The notes below the pieces were generated by a model that was given only the letters and a program-made list of their open reading frames with translations, did not search any database and was not told the origin of the DNA. Below, in pieces: positions 21,884 to 32,061 of a stretch of 64,000 bases of DNA. The translations under genes were made by a program, and so were the position numbers. Origin of the DNA: Candidatus Planktophila lacus (GTDB taxonomy: Bacteria; Pseudomonadota; Gammaproteobacteria; Steroidobacterales; Steroidobacteraceae); the NCBI GenBank assembly GCA_943331345.2, contig CALQLF020000005.1:229-64228 (forward strand), written 5' to 3'. Each line of letters starts with the position of its first letter. The stretch's first letter is position 1.

Positions 21884-23292
21884 TCCTTCGGGGCGGACCA
21901 GCCGCCGCCCAATGCTTTGTACAGCGACACCCATGCGGTAGTGCGCTCTTGCGCCAGCGCGATGCGGGCGTCGGCCGCCTGCAGTTGCAGGCGACGAATT
22001 TCTTCCAGGTCCAGCGTGCTGGCCAGGCCTGCACGCTGCCGTGCTTCCATGCCGCGCAGCGCTATCGCCCATTCATCGGCAGCGCGTGCGGCATCGACAT
22101 CGCGGGCAGTGGCGGAGTCCAGTGTTACCAGTGCGTCTTCGACTTCACGAATGGCCACCCGTACTTGGTTTTCATAGCGGCCACGGGCCCCTTGAATGCG
22201 GGTACTGAGCACACGAAGACCTGCCGCTGCCTTGCCGAAACTGAGCGCCGGCATGGAGATGTTCGGGCCGAAGCGCCAATGGTCCACCGAGAATGACTCG
22301 CCGAACACCGAGGTATTCGACTTACCTAGCGAGCCGATGAGGTTCACGCTCGGCAGCAATTCACCAATGCCAAAGCCGTAGTCCGCCACGGCGGCAGCCC
22401 ATTCCGCTTCAGCGGCGGCCACGTCGGGGCGCTGTCGCACCAGCACCGCGGGCAGCACGGTGACGGTAGTGGGCACCGGCACCGCCGTGGTGCCGTGGCC
22501 GGGCGCCAGTTTGGCCGCAAGCGTGTCGCCGTCCAGGCCCGTTAGGAACGCCAAAGCATTGCGTCCGCGGCGGCAAGCCGCCTCGACGGATTTGGCGCCA
22601 GCACGGTTGTCAGCGGCAGCAGCCGCCGCCTGTGCCGCTTCCGCTGGCGCCGCCAACCCAGCCGCCGCCTTGCGCGCTATCGTGGCGGCGGTGCCTTCAC
22701 GCGAAGCAGACGCCGCCTGCTGCAACTGCAACCGGGCTTCACACGCACGCAAGCCCGTGTAGGTGTTCGCTACTTCCGCTGCCAGCGTCGTGCGGGCATC
22801 GTGCCACTGCGACTCCGCCGCAAAAGCGCGACGCCGTGCCGCCTCGAAGGCGCGACGCTGTCCACCGAACAAGTCAATTTCCCAGGCCGCGTCGAGGCTA
22901 CGGTCTTTGAACTTCGACACGCCCGTGATGGGACCGGTGTTGTCGAAGCCCACGAGGCTGCGGCTGCGTTTGATCTCGGCGTTCGCCGAGCCACTGGGAA
23001 TGAGGTTAGCGAACTCCAGCCAGGAGTTTGCGCGCGCTTCTTTCATTCGCGCCAGCGCGCTGTCCAGCGACGGGTTATGGGCTTCCGCCGTCGCGACCAG
23101 CTCGGTCAGCAGCGGGTCGTTCAGCTGCTTCCACCAGTCCACCAACTGCGCGGGCTGGCCTTCATGGGGCAACGGCGACTGCCAAGCCGCAGGCACTACC
23201 GGCCCGGGGTTACGGAACTTCGGGCCAACGGCACAACCAGCGGCCAAGGTAGCCAATGTGGCCAGCGTGGCTACTTTCACCAACTTCTTCAT
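21880..23292 (-). CDS. efflux outer-membrane factor lipoprotein (NodT family)
   Basis: 470 aa with lipobox LAAGC in MKKLVKVATLATLATLAAGCAV and typical OMF repeats. Confidence 0.9.
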   Translation of the reverse strand: MKKLVKVATLATLATLAAGCAVGPKFRNPGPVVPAAWQSPLPHEGQPAQLVDWWKQLNDPLLTELVATAEAHNPSLDSALARMKEARANSWLEFANLIPSGSANAEIKRSRSLVGFDNTGPITGVSKFKDRSLDAAWEIDLFGGQRRAFEAARRRAFAAESQWHDARTTLAAEVANTYTGLRACEARLQLQQAASASREGTAATIARKAAAGLAAPAEAAQAAAAAADNRAGAKSVEAACRRGRNALAFLTGLDGDTLAAKLAPGHGTTAVPVPTTVTVLPAVLVRQRPDVAAAEAEWAAAVADYGFGIGELLPSVNLIGSLGKSNTSVFGESFSVDHWRFGPNISMPALSFGKAAAGLRVLSTRIQGARGRYENQVRVAIREVEDALVTLDSATARDVDAARAADEWAIALRGMEARQRAGLASTLDLEEIRRLQLQAADARIALAQERTTAWVSLYKALGGGWSAPKE

Positions 23293-23987
23293 GCGGTTTT
23301 CCTGCGCTCGCGCTCGGCGTGGATAAGCGCCTGGCCATAAATGGCACAGCGCTGGACCAGCGTTTCACGAGATTCGGGGGTGGCTGTCAGGGTGGGGGCG
23401 AAAGCCTCCACGGCCGGACGAGCCATGAAATACACCAGCGCTACGCCGCCCACTGCGAAAGCCAGGCCGTGCAGCGCTTCGTCTGCCGCTTGCAGGCCAA
23501 ACTCTGGCAACAGCAAGTGGAGCATGCGGTCGTGATGGATGCGGATGGCCTGCGTGTGGCAGTCGCCGAGCACACCACTCGGCTCCACTTCCTCGCGGGC
23601 ATGCAACAACGCCAGTTGGCGCAAGCGGCTGTCCTGCGAAAGCACCGACAACATGCCGCGGTAGAAATGCGCCAGCCGCTCGAGCAGCGGCAACTGCGGG
23701 TCGGTCATGGGCCGCGAGGCGTCCGCCATCCATTCAATGGGCAACCGGAACAGCTCGCGGTAAAGCCCGGCCTTGTCGCGGAAGTGGTAGTGGATGGCAG
23801 CCGTATTCGCGCCCGCCAATTCGCAGATTTCGCGGGTGGAGGCGCCGTGGTAACCGTGGTGGGCAAACACGTCGACGGCCGCGCGCAGCAAACGACAGCG
23901 GGTTTCGTCACGAGCGGTGGCAGGGCTGTCGTCGCGCAGGAAGTCCGGAAAGACTTCGGCGGGCGAAGGGGTGGAACGAGCATTCAT
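23289..23987 (-). CDS. TetR family transcriptional regulator (first gene of the efflux operon)
   Basis: From the ATG at 23987. It has the HTH GYHGASTREICELAGANTAAIHYHF. Its stop overlaps the OMF gene start. Confidence 0.85.
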   Translation of the reverse strand: MNARSTPSPAEVFPDFLRDDSPATARDETRCRLLRAAVDVFAHHGYHGASTREICELAGANTAAIHYHFRDKAGLYRELFRLPIEWMADASRPMTDPQLPLLERLAHFYRGMLSVLSQDSRLRQLALLHAREEVEPSGVLGDCHTQAIRIHHDRMLHLLLPEFGLQAADEALHGLAFAVGGVALVYFMARPAVEAFAPTLTATPESRETLVQRCAIYGQALIHAERERRKTA

Positions 23988-24011
23988 AGGGGCGGGGAGT
24001 TTAGTGCCCCG

Positions 24012-24040
24012 GCAAGCATGTTTCAAGCGCTTGCTTGAAA
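24012..24040. promoter_or_regulatory. overlapping palindromes (GCAAGC-N11-GCTTGC; TTTCAAGC-N4-GCTTGAAA), candidate TetR operator
   Basis: Read directly. It lies 25-53 nt upstream of the tetR start, in the tetR/maiA divergent region. Confidence 0.35.
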
Positions 24041-24096
24041 TTAGGGGAAAGGCGCGGATTTGACCTTCGACCGAGTCGCTCCGGTAGACTAAGGGC

Positions 24097-24744
24097 ATGA
24101 TTCTCCACGGCTTTTGGCGCAGCAGCGCTACCTATCGCGTCCGCGTCGCTCTCGGCCTGAAGGGCCTGGCGGCGGACTATCGCCCGGTGAACATTACCGC
24201 CGGCGGCCAGCAGCAGTTTTCCGCGGACTATCTGCGCCTGAACCCCGAAGGACGCGTGCCGGCGCTGGAAGTAGATGGGCAGGTGCTGACGCAGTCCTGG
24301 GCCATTCTGGAATGGCTGGAAGAGGCTTACCCGCAGCCGGCTCTGCTGCCGGCCGACGCCTTCGGGCGTGCCCGCGTTCGGGCACTCGCACAACTGGTCG
24401 TGGCGGATATCCAGCCGCTGCAGAATTTGGGGCCCACGAATTACTTGAGCGCAGAACTCGGCGCCACGCCGGAGCAAGTGGCCGCTTGGCTGAAGCACTG
24501 GATAAACCGCGGGTTGTCGGCGTTTGAAGCGCAGCTGGCGCGCGATGCGGCCACCGGCCAGTTCTGCCACGGCGATACGCCGACGCTGGCCGATACTTGC
24601 CTCGTGCCGCAGTGCTACTCGGCGCGGCGCTTCGGCGTAGACATAGAGCAGTTCCCGCACATCGCCCGCATCGAAGCGGTGTGCCAGGCGCTGCCGGCGT
24701 TCGCGGCAGCTTTGCCGGAACGCCAACCCGACGCGGTGCTGTAG
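24097..24744 (+). CDS. maiA: maleylacetoacetate isomerase (zeta-class GST)
   Basis: 215 aa. LHGFWRSSATYRVRVAL and LNPEGRVPAL are typical of the family. Confidence 0.85.
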   Translation: MILHGFWRSSATYRVRVALGLKGLAADYRPVNITAGGQQQFSADYLRLNPEGRVPALEVDGQVLTQSWAILEWLEEAYPQPALLPADAFGRARVRALAQLVVADIQPLQNLGPTNYLSAELGATPEQVAAWLKHWINRGLSAFEAQLARDAATGQFCHGDTPTLADTCLVPQCYSARRFGVDIEQFPHIARIEAVCQALPAFAAALPERQPDAVL

Positions 24745-24753
24745 CCAACTGCA

Positions 24754-24873
24754 TTGTGGGAGGCAGCTTGCTGCCGACAGTCGCGAGCAAGCTCGCTCCC
24801 ACAAAAGGGAAGAGTCGGGAGCAAGCTCCCTCCTACATTAGAAAGGCCTTGTAGGAGCGAGCTTGCTCGCGAC
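24754..24873. repeat. cluster of four REP units (two sequence types, alternating orientation)
   Basis: TTGTGGGAGGCAGCTTGCTGCCGAC (24754-24778), AGTCGCGAGCAAGCTCGCTCCCACAA (24779-24804), GTCGGGAGCAAGCTCCCTCCTACA (24814-24837), TGTAGGAGCGAGCTTGCTCGCGAC (24850-24873). They lie in the convergent gap between maiA and scoB. Confidence 0.9.
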
Positions 24874-24884
24874 TCGTCAAGACC

Positions 24885-25514
<630 letters not shown>

Positions 25515-25515
25515 G

Positions 25516-26217
25516 TCAGGCGCTCCTTACCGTGCGTTGTTCAATGCGCTTTTCCGGCGTGGCGTTCACCACGATGCGCTTCACATAGATGCCCGGCGTA
25601 TGGATGTGGTCCGGGTCCAGTTCGCCGGCCGGCACCAAATGCTCCACTTCGGCAACGCAGAGCTTGCCCGCCGTTGCCATCATCGGGTTGAAGTTGCGCG
25701 CGGTCTTGCGGTACACGAGGTTGCCGGCGGTATCTGCCTTCCAAGCCTTCACCAGCGCCACATCGGCGCGCAGGCTGCGTTCCATCACGTACCACTCGCC
25801 ATCGAACTGGCGCGTCTCTTTGCCTTCAGCGACCAGCGTGCCGTAGCCCGTACGCGTGAAGAACGCTGGAATGCCCGCGCCGCCAGCGCGAAGCTTTTCG
25901 GCCAGCGTGCCTTGCGGCGTGAATTCCAGCTCGAGTTCGCCGCTCAGATACTGGCGTTCAAACTCCTTGTTCTCGCCCACGTAGCTCGAGATCATCTTGC
26001 GAATCTGACGCGTTTGCAGCAGCAACCCCAAGCCGAACTGGTCGACGCCGGCGTTGTTCGAGATGGCCGTGAGGTTCTTCACGCCACTGTCGCGCAGCGC
26101 GGTGATGAGCGCCTCAGGAATGCCACAGAGGCCGAAGCCACCGACGGCGAGCGTCATGCCGTCGCTGACCACGCCCTCGAGGGCAGCGGCAGCGCTCGGG
26201 TAGAGCTTGTTGATCAT
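25516..26217 (-). CDS. scoA: 3-oxoacid CoA-transferase subunit A
   Basis: 233 aa. [16 protein letters not shown] and [24 protein letters not shown]. Confidence 0.9.
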   Translation of the reverse strand: MINKLYPSAAAALEGVVSDGMTLAVGGFGLCGIPEALITALRDSGVKNLTAISNNAGVDQFGLGLLLQTRQIRKMISSYVGENKEFERQYLSGELELEFTPQGTLAEKLRAGGAGIPAFFTRTGYGTLVAEGKETRQFDGEWYVMERSLRADVALVKAWKADTAGNLVYRKTARNFNPMMATAGKLCVAEVEHLVPAGELDPDHIHTPGIYVKRIVVNATPEKRIEQRTVRSA

Positions 26218-26294
26218 GAAAGCGGCGCTCCTGATGGCTGGGCAGTGGCGGCATTATCCACTAAGTGGCGGCAGGGTTTTGTCGGAAACCGCCA

Positions 26295-28091
26295 TCAGTT
26301 GCTGTTTTTAGTAATCCCCTCCCGGCCGTCTACGGTGGCGCGATGAAGGCCACCATAGAGTGTCCAACTGATGACCTGGTCCGGATGGGAGAAACGATAC
26401 CGAGCCACCCGCACTGCCGGAGAATCACCGGTGTACTGGTCTACGTATGCGTCTCCGTAGATTTCATCGACGAACCGCTTGGTGAGGTCGTATTCATTGA
26501 AGTCGCTAACCGCCGGGTCGGGCGGGGTGCAATTGGCCCGGATTACGAGCACGTTGCGGGTTACTGGCAGGGTTTCCGCCTCCCCCATCGCCCAGTTGTA
26601 GCAAGAATCGGCAGCCTGCCTAGATTCCGAGGTCCACGATTCCTCGAAAGTCATGGCTTGCTCATCAATCCTGACACGAACGGCCCGGCTGAAGTTCAAG
26701 TGCTGTGGCACCGGTTCTTTGCCACTAAAAGGCAGGGCCTGAAAGGTCCCGTTGTCGTAATAAGTAATGGTCCCAGATCCATCTGCATGCGGGTGATGGG
26801 GGCTGGCGGGGAAGCGCACAAACTTGCCTTTCGGACGTAGCACCTTGCCAGCCAGTGCACCCGTCCAACCGGCCGGATCTGCATAGATCCATTTCACCGC
26901 CCCGGTCTCCCGACTAATCCCGACCAACGCGTCCATATGCTTGAGCGAGACAATAATGGTCCTGTTCTGCTCGTCGTAGGTCACCCCGTTTCCATGCGTC
27001 CAGTCCAAGTGCCCGGGAAATCCGCGGGTAACCCAATAGGGTTGAAAGAGGTGGAAATGCACCCGCATGGGGTCGAGGTGATCGAAGCTGTTCCAGGACC
27101 AGACAACTTTTCCGCGCGCATCATACTCGATGATGGAGTCGCCCATCACCAACTGCGAGGCGCGGGGTGCCAATGGGTCCGTGACGCTGGTGAAATAGTT
27201 ATCCACACGCCGCGCATTGGCCGACATCGCAATGAATGTCCCCTCCTGCGTGGGATACGGCTCATGGTGAAGAGTCTGGACGCCGGTGATAGGTATTGCG
27301 GCTGAAGTCACCTCTTGGTCGGGGCGGAGCGCCGCGACATACTCAGCCTCAACGTTGCCCAGCATGTCGATGATGCGGGTACGCTGGTCCGCCAACGTCA
27401 TCATCAGTCGCCCGCCGGGCATTGATTGGATGCCGGCGATACGCTGCGGCGAACGATAGTACCAAACAACCTCCCCGTTCTCATCGAGGGCAATCACGAG
27501 ACCAAACTTGCGTTGAAAGTCACGTTGTCTGGGTGTCATCAGGGAACCGCGTCCCAAAAAATTTCGACGTACGGAAACGAATGTCACTCCCGCTTCCAAG
27601 CGCGAGCGGTCAAGTTCGGTCGTCTCGATCTTGGGCCATGAGAGACCGACCTCTGGTGCGTCGGGTGCCCTGAAGTCGAGTTTTGTCGGTAAGGTGGTCC
27701 ATGTGCCAGCGCTGTTTCGCAACCGAACCTGCAATTTAACTGCGGAAGATGGACGGAAACCGACGATTGGCATTCGCAACCAACCATCGCTGCCTACCGG
27801 CATCACCAACTTGTATTGCTTGGAAGGCCGATTGGCCAGACGCTCATGAACAGCTACCTCTACGGTAGCGCCGCTTTCCGCTCGCAATGACAGAACGGCT
27901 GCCAAAGGAACAGCAGGATTTGGGTTCGGCACCAACACCGGAGCACTGATGAGGCTGGGTGGCGCCATGCCGGTCTCAGATGCTGCAGGTGAAGCACCAC
28001 GGCCAAGCACAGCCATCGAACCAAGCACCAAGACGGTAGTAACCACCACCTGCGCGAAGCCAAAACGCACCACGGCGCTGCTCGACATCAT
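26295..28091 (-). CDS. aryl-sulfate sulfotransferase (ASST family), exported
   Basis: The start is taken at MMSSSAVVRF (a hydrophobic anchor follows). HHEPYPTQEGTF, IIEYDARGKVVWSWNSFDHLDP and DWTHGNGVTYDE resemble the beta-propeller ASST family. The upstream ATG at 28160 is also possible. Confidence 0.7.
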   Translation of the reverse strand: MMSSSAVVRFGFAQVVVTTVLVLGSMAVLGRGASPAASETGMAPPSLISAPVLVPNPNPAVPLAAVLSLRAESGATVEVAVHERLANRPSKQYKLVMPVGSDGWLRMPIVGFRPSSAVKLQVRLRNSAGTWTTLPTKLDFRAPDAPEVGLSWPKIETTELDRSRLEAGVTFVSVRRNFLGRGSLMTPRQRDFQRKFGLVIALDENGEVVWYYRSPQRIAGIQSMPGGRLMMTLADQRTRIIDMLGNVEAEYVAALRPDQEVTSAAIPITGVQTLHHEPYPTQEGTFIAMSANARRVDNYFTSVTDPLAPRASQLVMGDSIIEYDARGKVVWSWNSFDHLDPMRVHFHLFQPYWVTRGFPGHLDWTHGNGVTYDEQNRTIIVSLKHMDALVGISRETGAVKWIYADPAGWTGALAGKVLRPKGKFVRFPASPHHPHADGSGTITYYDNGTFQALPFSGKEPVPQHLNFSRAVRVRIDEQAMTFEESWTSESRQAADSCYNWAMGEAETLPVTRNVLVIRANCTPPDPAVSDFNEYDLTKRFVDEIYGDAYVDQYTGDSPAVRVARYRFSHPDQVISWTLYGGLHRATVDGREGITKNSN

Positions 28092-28210
28092 TCGCACCCT
28101 CACAGTACTCGCCCCTAGACGAGGTTCTCCGATGGCCCCTGACGATTCAGGACCGGACATTCAAGCACCCGCCGACCTACCGGGCGGCGAGTAACCAGAA
28201 TAGCCGTAGC

Positions 28211-30529
28211 TTAGAACTTGCCGCCCAGTTTTACACCGTAAGTCGCGGGCTCGTTAATGATGCACTGGTTGGTAAACGCGCCAGGCTGAATGGTCTGGCA
28301 GTAGCGTTCGTCCGACAAGTTCTTTGCAAAGACGGCGACTTCAAACTTGCGATTTTGGCCGAACAAATAGCGGATGCGGGCGTCAAGCGTAGTGCGACTC
28401 GGCAGATACTCATCTGCGGTATTGTGGAATCCAGCGTACTGACTGCTCGTCTGCTTGATGCTGATCTGCGCACTCAGTTCATTCTCTCCAACCTCAAGGC
28501 TCTTTTGCACCAGGCCCATAAACGAAGACTTGGGCGTATGCGGGGTGCGCTTTCCAGCGAAGTCGGGGCCACCCGCTTCCTCAGGCAGAATGAAGCTGTC
28601 GTATGACGCATCCAGCAGGCCCATGCCGGCCTGAACCAACCAGCCGCCTTCGGGTGCCCAGGTCAATTCTGCCTCGACGCCACTGATGCTGGCCTTGCCG
28701 GCATTCAGCAGCGCAGCCGCACCACCAATGAAGGTGAACACCTGCTGATTACGATAGTCGCTTGTGAATGCCGCCAAATTTACTTGGAGGCGGCGGTCCA
28801 GCAGTTGGAGCTTGGCACCCACCTCGTAGGACTCGATCGTCTCGGGATTCACACCAGCCTTGAGGTTGGCTATGGGCTGGGCTACCTGCAAATTGTAGGC
28901 GGGAATGAGATTGAAGGTACCGCCCTTGAAGCCTTTCGAGGCGCTAGCGTAGAGCAACGTGTCGTCGTTGACCTTGAAGTTCAAGCCAACTTTTCCACCC
29001 CAATTAGTCCACGAATTTCCGTAAGGGACTTCGGCCGAGGACTGCGCGGCATTGGAACGGGCAATCAACGCGGCCAGGTCGAGGTGCGTACCGATGCTAG
29101 GCGCGAAATTTGTCCATGCACCAGTACCCGCGCCGGTCCGGCGGTAAGAGCGCGCGGAGCCGTCCTTCGATTCATCCGAGTAACGGGCACCCGCCACGAG
29201 ACTCAACCGGTCCGTCAACTTGAAATCCAGTTGCCCATAACCCGACTTGATCTCGGTCTTCTGGCGGAATGCGAGAGAATTCAAGCCAAGCGGTGGAGTT
29301 CCCGCACCGGCCGTCAAGATGCTCCTCGCTACCGTGCCGTTGTTGGTTTCACGGAACAGGAATAAACCACCGACAAAGTTGACGCGCTGGTCCTTCCCGT
29401 TCGTGGCGATGCGCAGTTCTTGCGAACGCTGGATGGTATCGACATCGTTATGCACTTCGACACGACCGTTCGGACCGGAGTCCACATCCTCCTGGCGGCT
29501 GATCGAATGGTCGATGACCGCGCTGATGGACGACAGCGTGACAGCACCTAGATCAACCGCGATGTTCAGCGTATTGCCGAAGACTTTCGAATGCCCATAA
29601 CTCGGGAAACTAGAGTAGCTCTGATCAAATTTTCCCGGCGAGACGAAGCCATAGGGATCAGCGCAACCGTTTCCCGGCTGTCTACTTGGATTAGTGCAGG
29701 CAGTAGCACCGCCACCTGGCTGCAAGAAGCCAATCGGGAGATAGCGCGTCGCCGCGCCGTCGTCCTTCCCGTAGAGCCCGGAATACTCGATACCTACATT
29801 GTCCATAGGATTGTAGGCAAGCGATCCGCGGATAGCATAACGGTCACGGTCTCCATCACGCCCGCCAACGCTCATGTTCTGCTGGATACCATCCCGCTTC
29901 TGGTACTGCCCCGCAACACGCACTGCCAACTTGTCACCGATGGGTGCACCAAAAGCGCCCTGCACGTCCATGGCGTTCAAATTCCCGTAGCTGAACGAAG
30001 CCTCGCCATTCGCCTCTTCGCCAACTCGGGCGCGACGTGTGGCGACGTTGAGAGCACCGCCGGTGGTGCTGCGGCCGAACAGAGTGACCTGAGGGCCCCG
30101 TAACACCTCGATTCGTTCAATGTCGAACAGGGCGAAAGTGTTGAGGTTGGGGGAATTCAACGCTACTTCGTCAACAACGACGGCGACGGAACCCACCTGA
30201 TTGAAAGTGAAGTTCTGGTCTTGGATACCGCGGATACCGATGCTGGAACCGATACCACCCGCCGGCTGGTAGTTAAGGTTGGGGGTGAAGGAAGCCAAGT
30301 CCTCAGAGGAACTCATGCCGAGCCTGCTGATGGTGTTAGCAGTAAAAGCAGTGATCGCAACCGGGACATCCTGAAGGTTCTCGGCGCGCTTCTGAGCCGT
30401 GACGACGATTTCTTCGATGCCACCCATCTGGTCTTTTGCTGCAGCACCTTCTGCTTCAGCCACAACGGGGGACAAAGCGCCAAGCAACGAAGTGGCGGCA
30501 AGCAGGGTTCGACCGAATGCAGAAGACAT
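28211..30529 (-). CDS. TonB-dependent receptor
   Basis: 772 aa with a signal peptide, plug motif EEIVVTAQKRAENLQDVPVAITAF, and a C-terminal ...YGVKLGGKF ending in Phe. GGAGGGG precedes the ATG. Confidence 0.9.
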   Translation of the reverse strand: MSSAFGRTLLAATSLLGALSPVVAEAEGAAAKDQMGGIEEIVVTAQKRAENLQDVPVAITAFTANTISRLGMSSSEDLASFTPNLNYQPAGGIGSSIGIRGIQDQNFTFNQVGSVAVVVDEVALNSPNLNTFALFDIERIEVLRGPQVTLFGRSTTGGALNVATRRARVGEEANGEASFSYGNLNAMDVQGAFGAPIGDKLAVRVAGQYQKRDGIQQNMSVGGRDGDRDRYAIRGSLAYNPMDNVGIEYSGLYGKDDGAATRYLPIGFLQPGGGATACTNPSRQPGNGCADPYGFVSPGKFDQSYSSFPSYGHSKVFGNTLNIAVDLGAVTLSSISAVIDHSISRQEDVDSGPNGRVEVHNDVDTIQRSQELRIATNGKDQRVNFVGGLFLFRETNNGTVARSILTAGAGTPPLGLNSLAFRQKTEIKSGYGQLDFKLTDRLSLVAGARYSDESKDGSARSYRRTGAGTGAWTNFAPSIGTHLDLAALIARSNAAQSSAEVPYGNSWTNWGGKVGLNFKVNDDTLLYASASKGFKGGTFNLIPAYNLQVAQPIANLKAGVNPETIESYEVGAKLQLLDRRLQVNLAAFTSDYRNQQVFTFIGGAAALLNAGKASISGVEAELTWAPEGGWLVQAGMGLLDASYDSFILPEEAGGPDFAGKRTPHTPKSSFMGLVQKSLEVGENELSAQISIKQTSSQYAGFHNTADEYLPSRTTLDARIRYLFGQNRKFEVAVFAKNLSDERYCQTIQPGAFTNQCIINEPATYGVKLGGKF

Positions 30530-30586
30530 GATTACCCCTCCAAGGAGAATTCCAATTCGACCCGCAAATTATCCTATTCCATAAAA

Positions 30587-30597
30587 CTGTGCAACAA
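30587..30597. promoter_or_regulatory. GntR/FadR-type box CTGTGCAACAA
   Basis: Fits t-n-GT-N3-AC-n-a. It lies 58-68 nt upstream of the TonB-dependent receptor start (30529). Confidence 0.4.
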
Positions 30598-30761
30598 TTA
30601 TGAAGAAATCACGACCCCTCGAAATCCGTGGTCAGACTGGATTGAAGGCTCTGCGAACAGTGTCAAAAGCAAGAAAAAGCCGAAATATGGTATTTTTTGT
30701 TGTTTTTTTGCCGCATTTTTCTAGAGAAAAGATAGCCCTCCGCCGACTAATAGGTCAGTTG

Positions 30762-30772
30762 ATGTTGCACAA
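30762..30772. promoter_or_regulatory. GntR/FadR-type box (minus-strand reading TTGTGCAACAT)
   Basis: Same motif, upstream of the MFS gene starting at 30868/30922. Confidence 0.4.
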
Positions 30773-30867
30773 TAATATCGTTTTTTGAATCCGCATCTGG
30801 TCGATTCTTGCCCTTTTTGGTGCGAGACAACTAGCCGGTAGTCGCTTCCAGTGGCAAGATTTCTACA

Positions 30868-32061
30868 TTGATGATTGCGGCGCATAGCGCCGCACGCCCG
30901 ATAGATCCAACGGGAATTACCATGCTCGAGCGTCACGAACTGAAGGTTATTGCAGCGGCCATCTGGGTGGACATGGCAGCTGCGCAAACGGTCTTCATCC
31001 AACCCGCTTACGTCGATACTCTTGCGAACTACGGCGGTCTGGGGACAGAGCGAGCCGGCTACATTCTTTCTATCGAGATGATGGCGTTCGCCATTACAAC
31101 GATAGCGATGGCCCTTGTTTCACACCGAATCTCCTGGCACAAAACCCTTTGGACAGCTTTGTCCGTTATTGCCGCTGGCAACATAGCCAGTATTTTTGTC
31201 GCCGACCCCGCATATTTGCTTGCAGTGCGCCTAGTGGTTGGCGCGGCCTCCGGACTGGTGGTTCCAATCGCTTTCGCCACAGTGGGCCGCCTGCCCCGTC
31301 CAGAGCGAGCCTTCGGAATCATGATTGGAGTCCTGCTGCTTTATGCCGCAGGTTTCCTGAGTCTGATGCCTTTCTTTGCCAAAGTGGCGGGCGTTGGCGG
31401 ACTGATGGGCGGGATGCTTTTTACCTGCCTGCTCGGAATGCTCTTCATGGCGTGGTTTCCCGTCGAAGCAGCGCATCAAGACATAGCGCGGCCGGCAATG
31501 GGCCAGTGGCCGACACCCGGTCAGTGGCTGGCGTTGACAGGAATGCTGTTGTTCTTCACTCAGCTGACTTCATTCTGGTCCTTCGCTTCGGTGATCGCCG
31601 GGAATAACGGAGTCGCGGCCGGCACCGTAGCCGGCGCCTTAGCCATCTCGCAGGTAGCAGGTATTGCCGGCACCGCACTGCCCGCCATGGCAGGGAACCG
31701 GCTGGCAGTACCCATCGCTCTACTGCTCGCCATCGTTTGTTGTATTGCCGCTCCAGCACTGCTGCTGTTTCACACCGATGCCACGACCTTCCTTGCCGCC
31801 GTGATTTTCCTCCACTTCGGCTGGAACCTCGGCCATGCCTATCTGCTGGCTTTGTTCGCCAGACTGGATGCTTCCTCGCACCTCATCTTCATGGCGACCG
31901 CCATGCAGAAAATAGGCATCGCGGCAGGCCCGGCAATTGCGACCGTAATGTACGGCCGGAAGGGTGGCGACGCGGTGCTGCTGCTCGCGCTGGTCATTGG
32001 ACTCGTAGCTTTGGCGGCCCTTACGCCAGCAGCCAGAAGGCAAGCAACAGCCGCCCTCTAA
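30868..32061 (+). CDS. MFS-type transporter (paralog of 45127-46311)
   Basis: Multi-TM protein that aligns by eye with the 45127 protein (for example GAASGLVVPIAFATVGRLPRPERAFG versus GLGSGGIVSIGFASLGLSSRPDRSFG). An alternative start is the ATG at 30922. Confidence 0.7.
   Translation: MMIAAHSAARPIDPTGITMLERHELKVIAAAIWVDMAAAQTVFIQPAYVDTLANYGGLGTERAGYILSIEMMAFAITTIAMALVSHRISWHKTLWTALSVIAAGNIASIFVADPAYLLAVRLVVGAASGLVVPIAFATVGRLPRPERAFGIMIGVLLLYAAGFLSLMPFFAKVAGVGGLMGGMLFTCLLGMLFMAWFPVEAAHQDIARPAMGQWPTPGQWLALTGMLLFFTQLTSFWSFASVIAGNNGVAAGTVAGALAISQVAGIAGTALPAMAGNRLAVPIALLLAIVCCIAAPALLLFHTDATTFLAAVIFLHFGWNLGHAYLLALFARLDASSHLIFMATAMQKIGIAAGPAIATVMYGRKGGDAVLLLALVIGLVALAALTPAARRQATAAL

Noticed and set aside
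24754-24873. The possibility that the repeated palindromes here and at 52943-53109 form a CRISPR array.
   Set aside because: The units alternate in orientation and in sequence type. Spacing is irregular (0-35 nt) and there are no unique spacer-sized segments. No cas genes are present. The structure is that of REP/BIME elements.
26254-26262. DnaA-box-like TTATCCACT upstream of scoA, together with the proximity of mnmG (gidA), as a hint of a replication origin.
   Set aside because: It is a single near-consensus box with no cluster of boxes. No A/T-rich unwinding element or dnaA/dnaN genes are present, and the mnmG flanks (8357-8418, 10264-10293) contain no boxes.
26218-26294. Island borders searched for an integrase, transposase, tRNA/tmRNA target or flanking direct repeats.
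   Set aside because: None found by eye at 26218-26294 or 52222-52232. I do not annotate a mobile element, and the island claim rests only on composition and content.
30600-30788. 62-aa Lys/Arg-rich ORF in the A/T-rich spacer between receptor 1 and MFS 1. Similar small ORFs occur at 39763-39948 and 43302-43487.
   Set aside because: I saw no ribosome-binding site. The composition simply reflects A/T-rich promoter DNA, and the ORFs overlap the predicted operator boxes.
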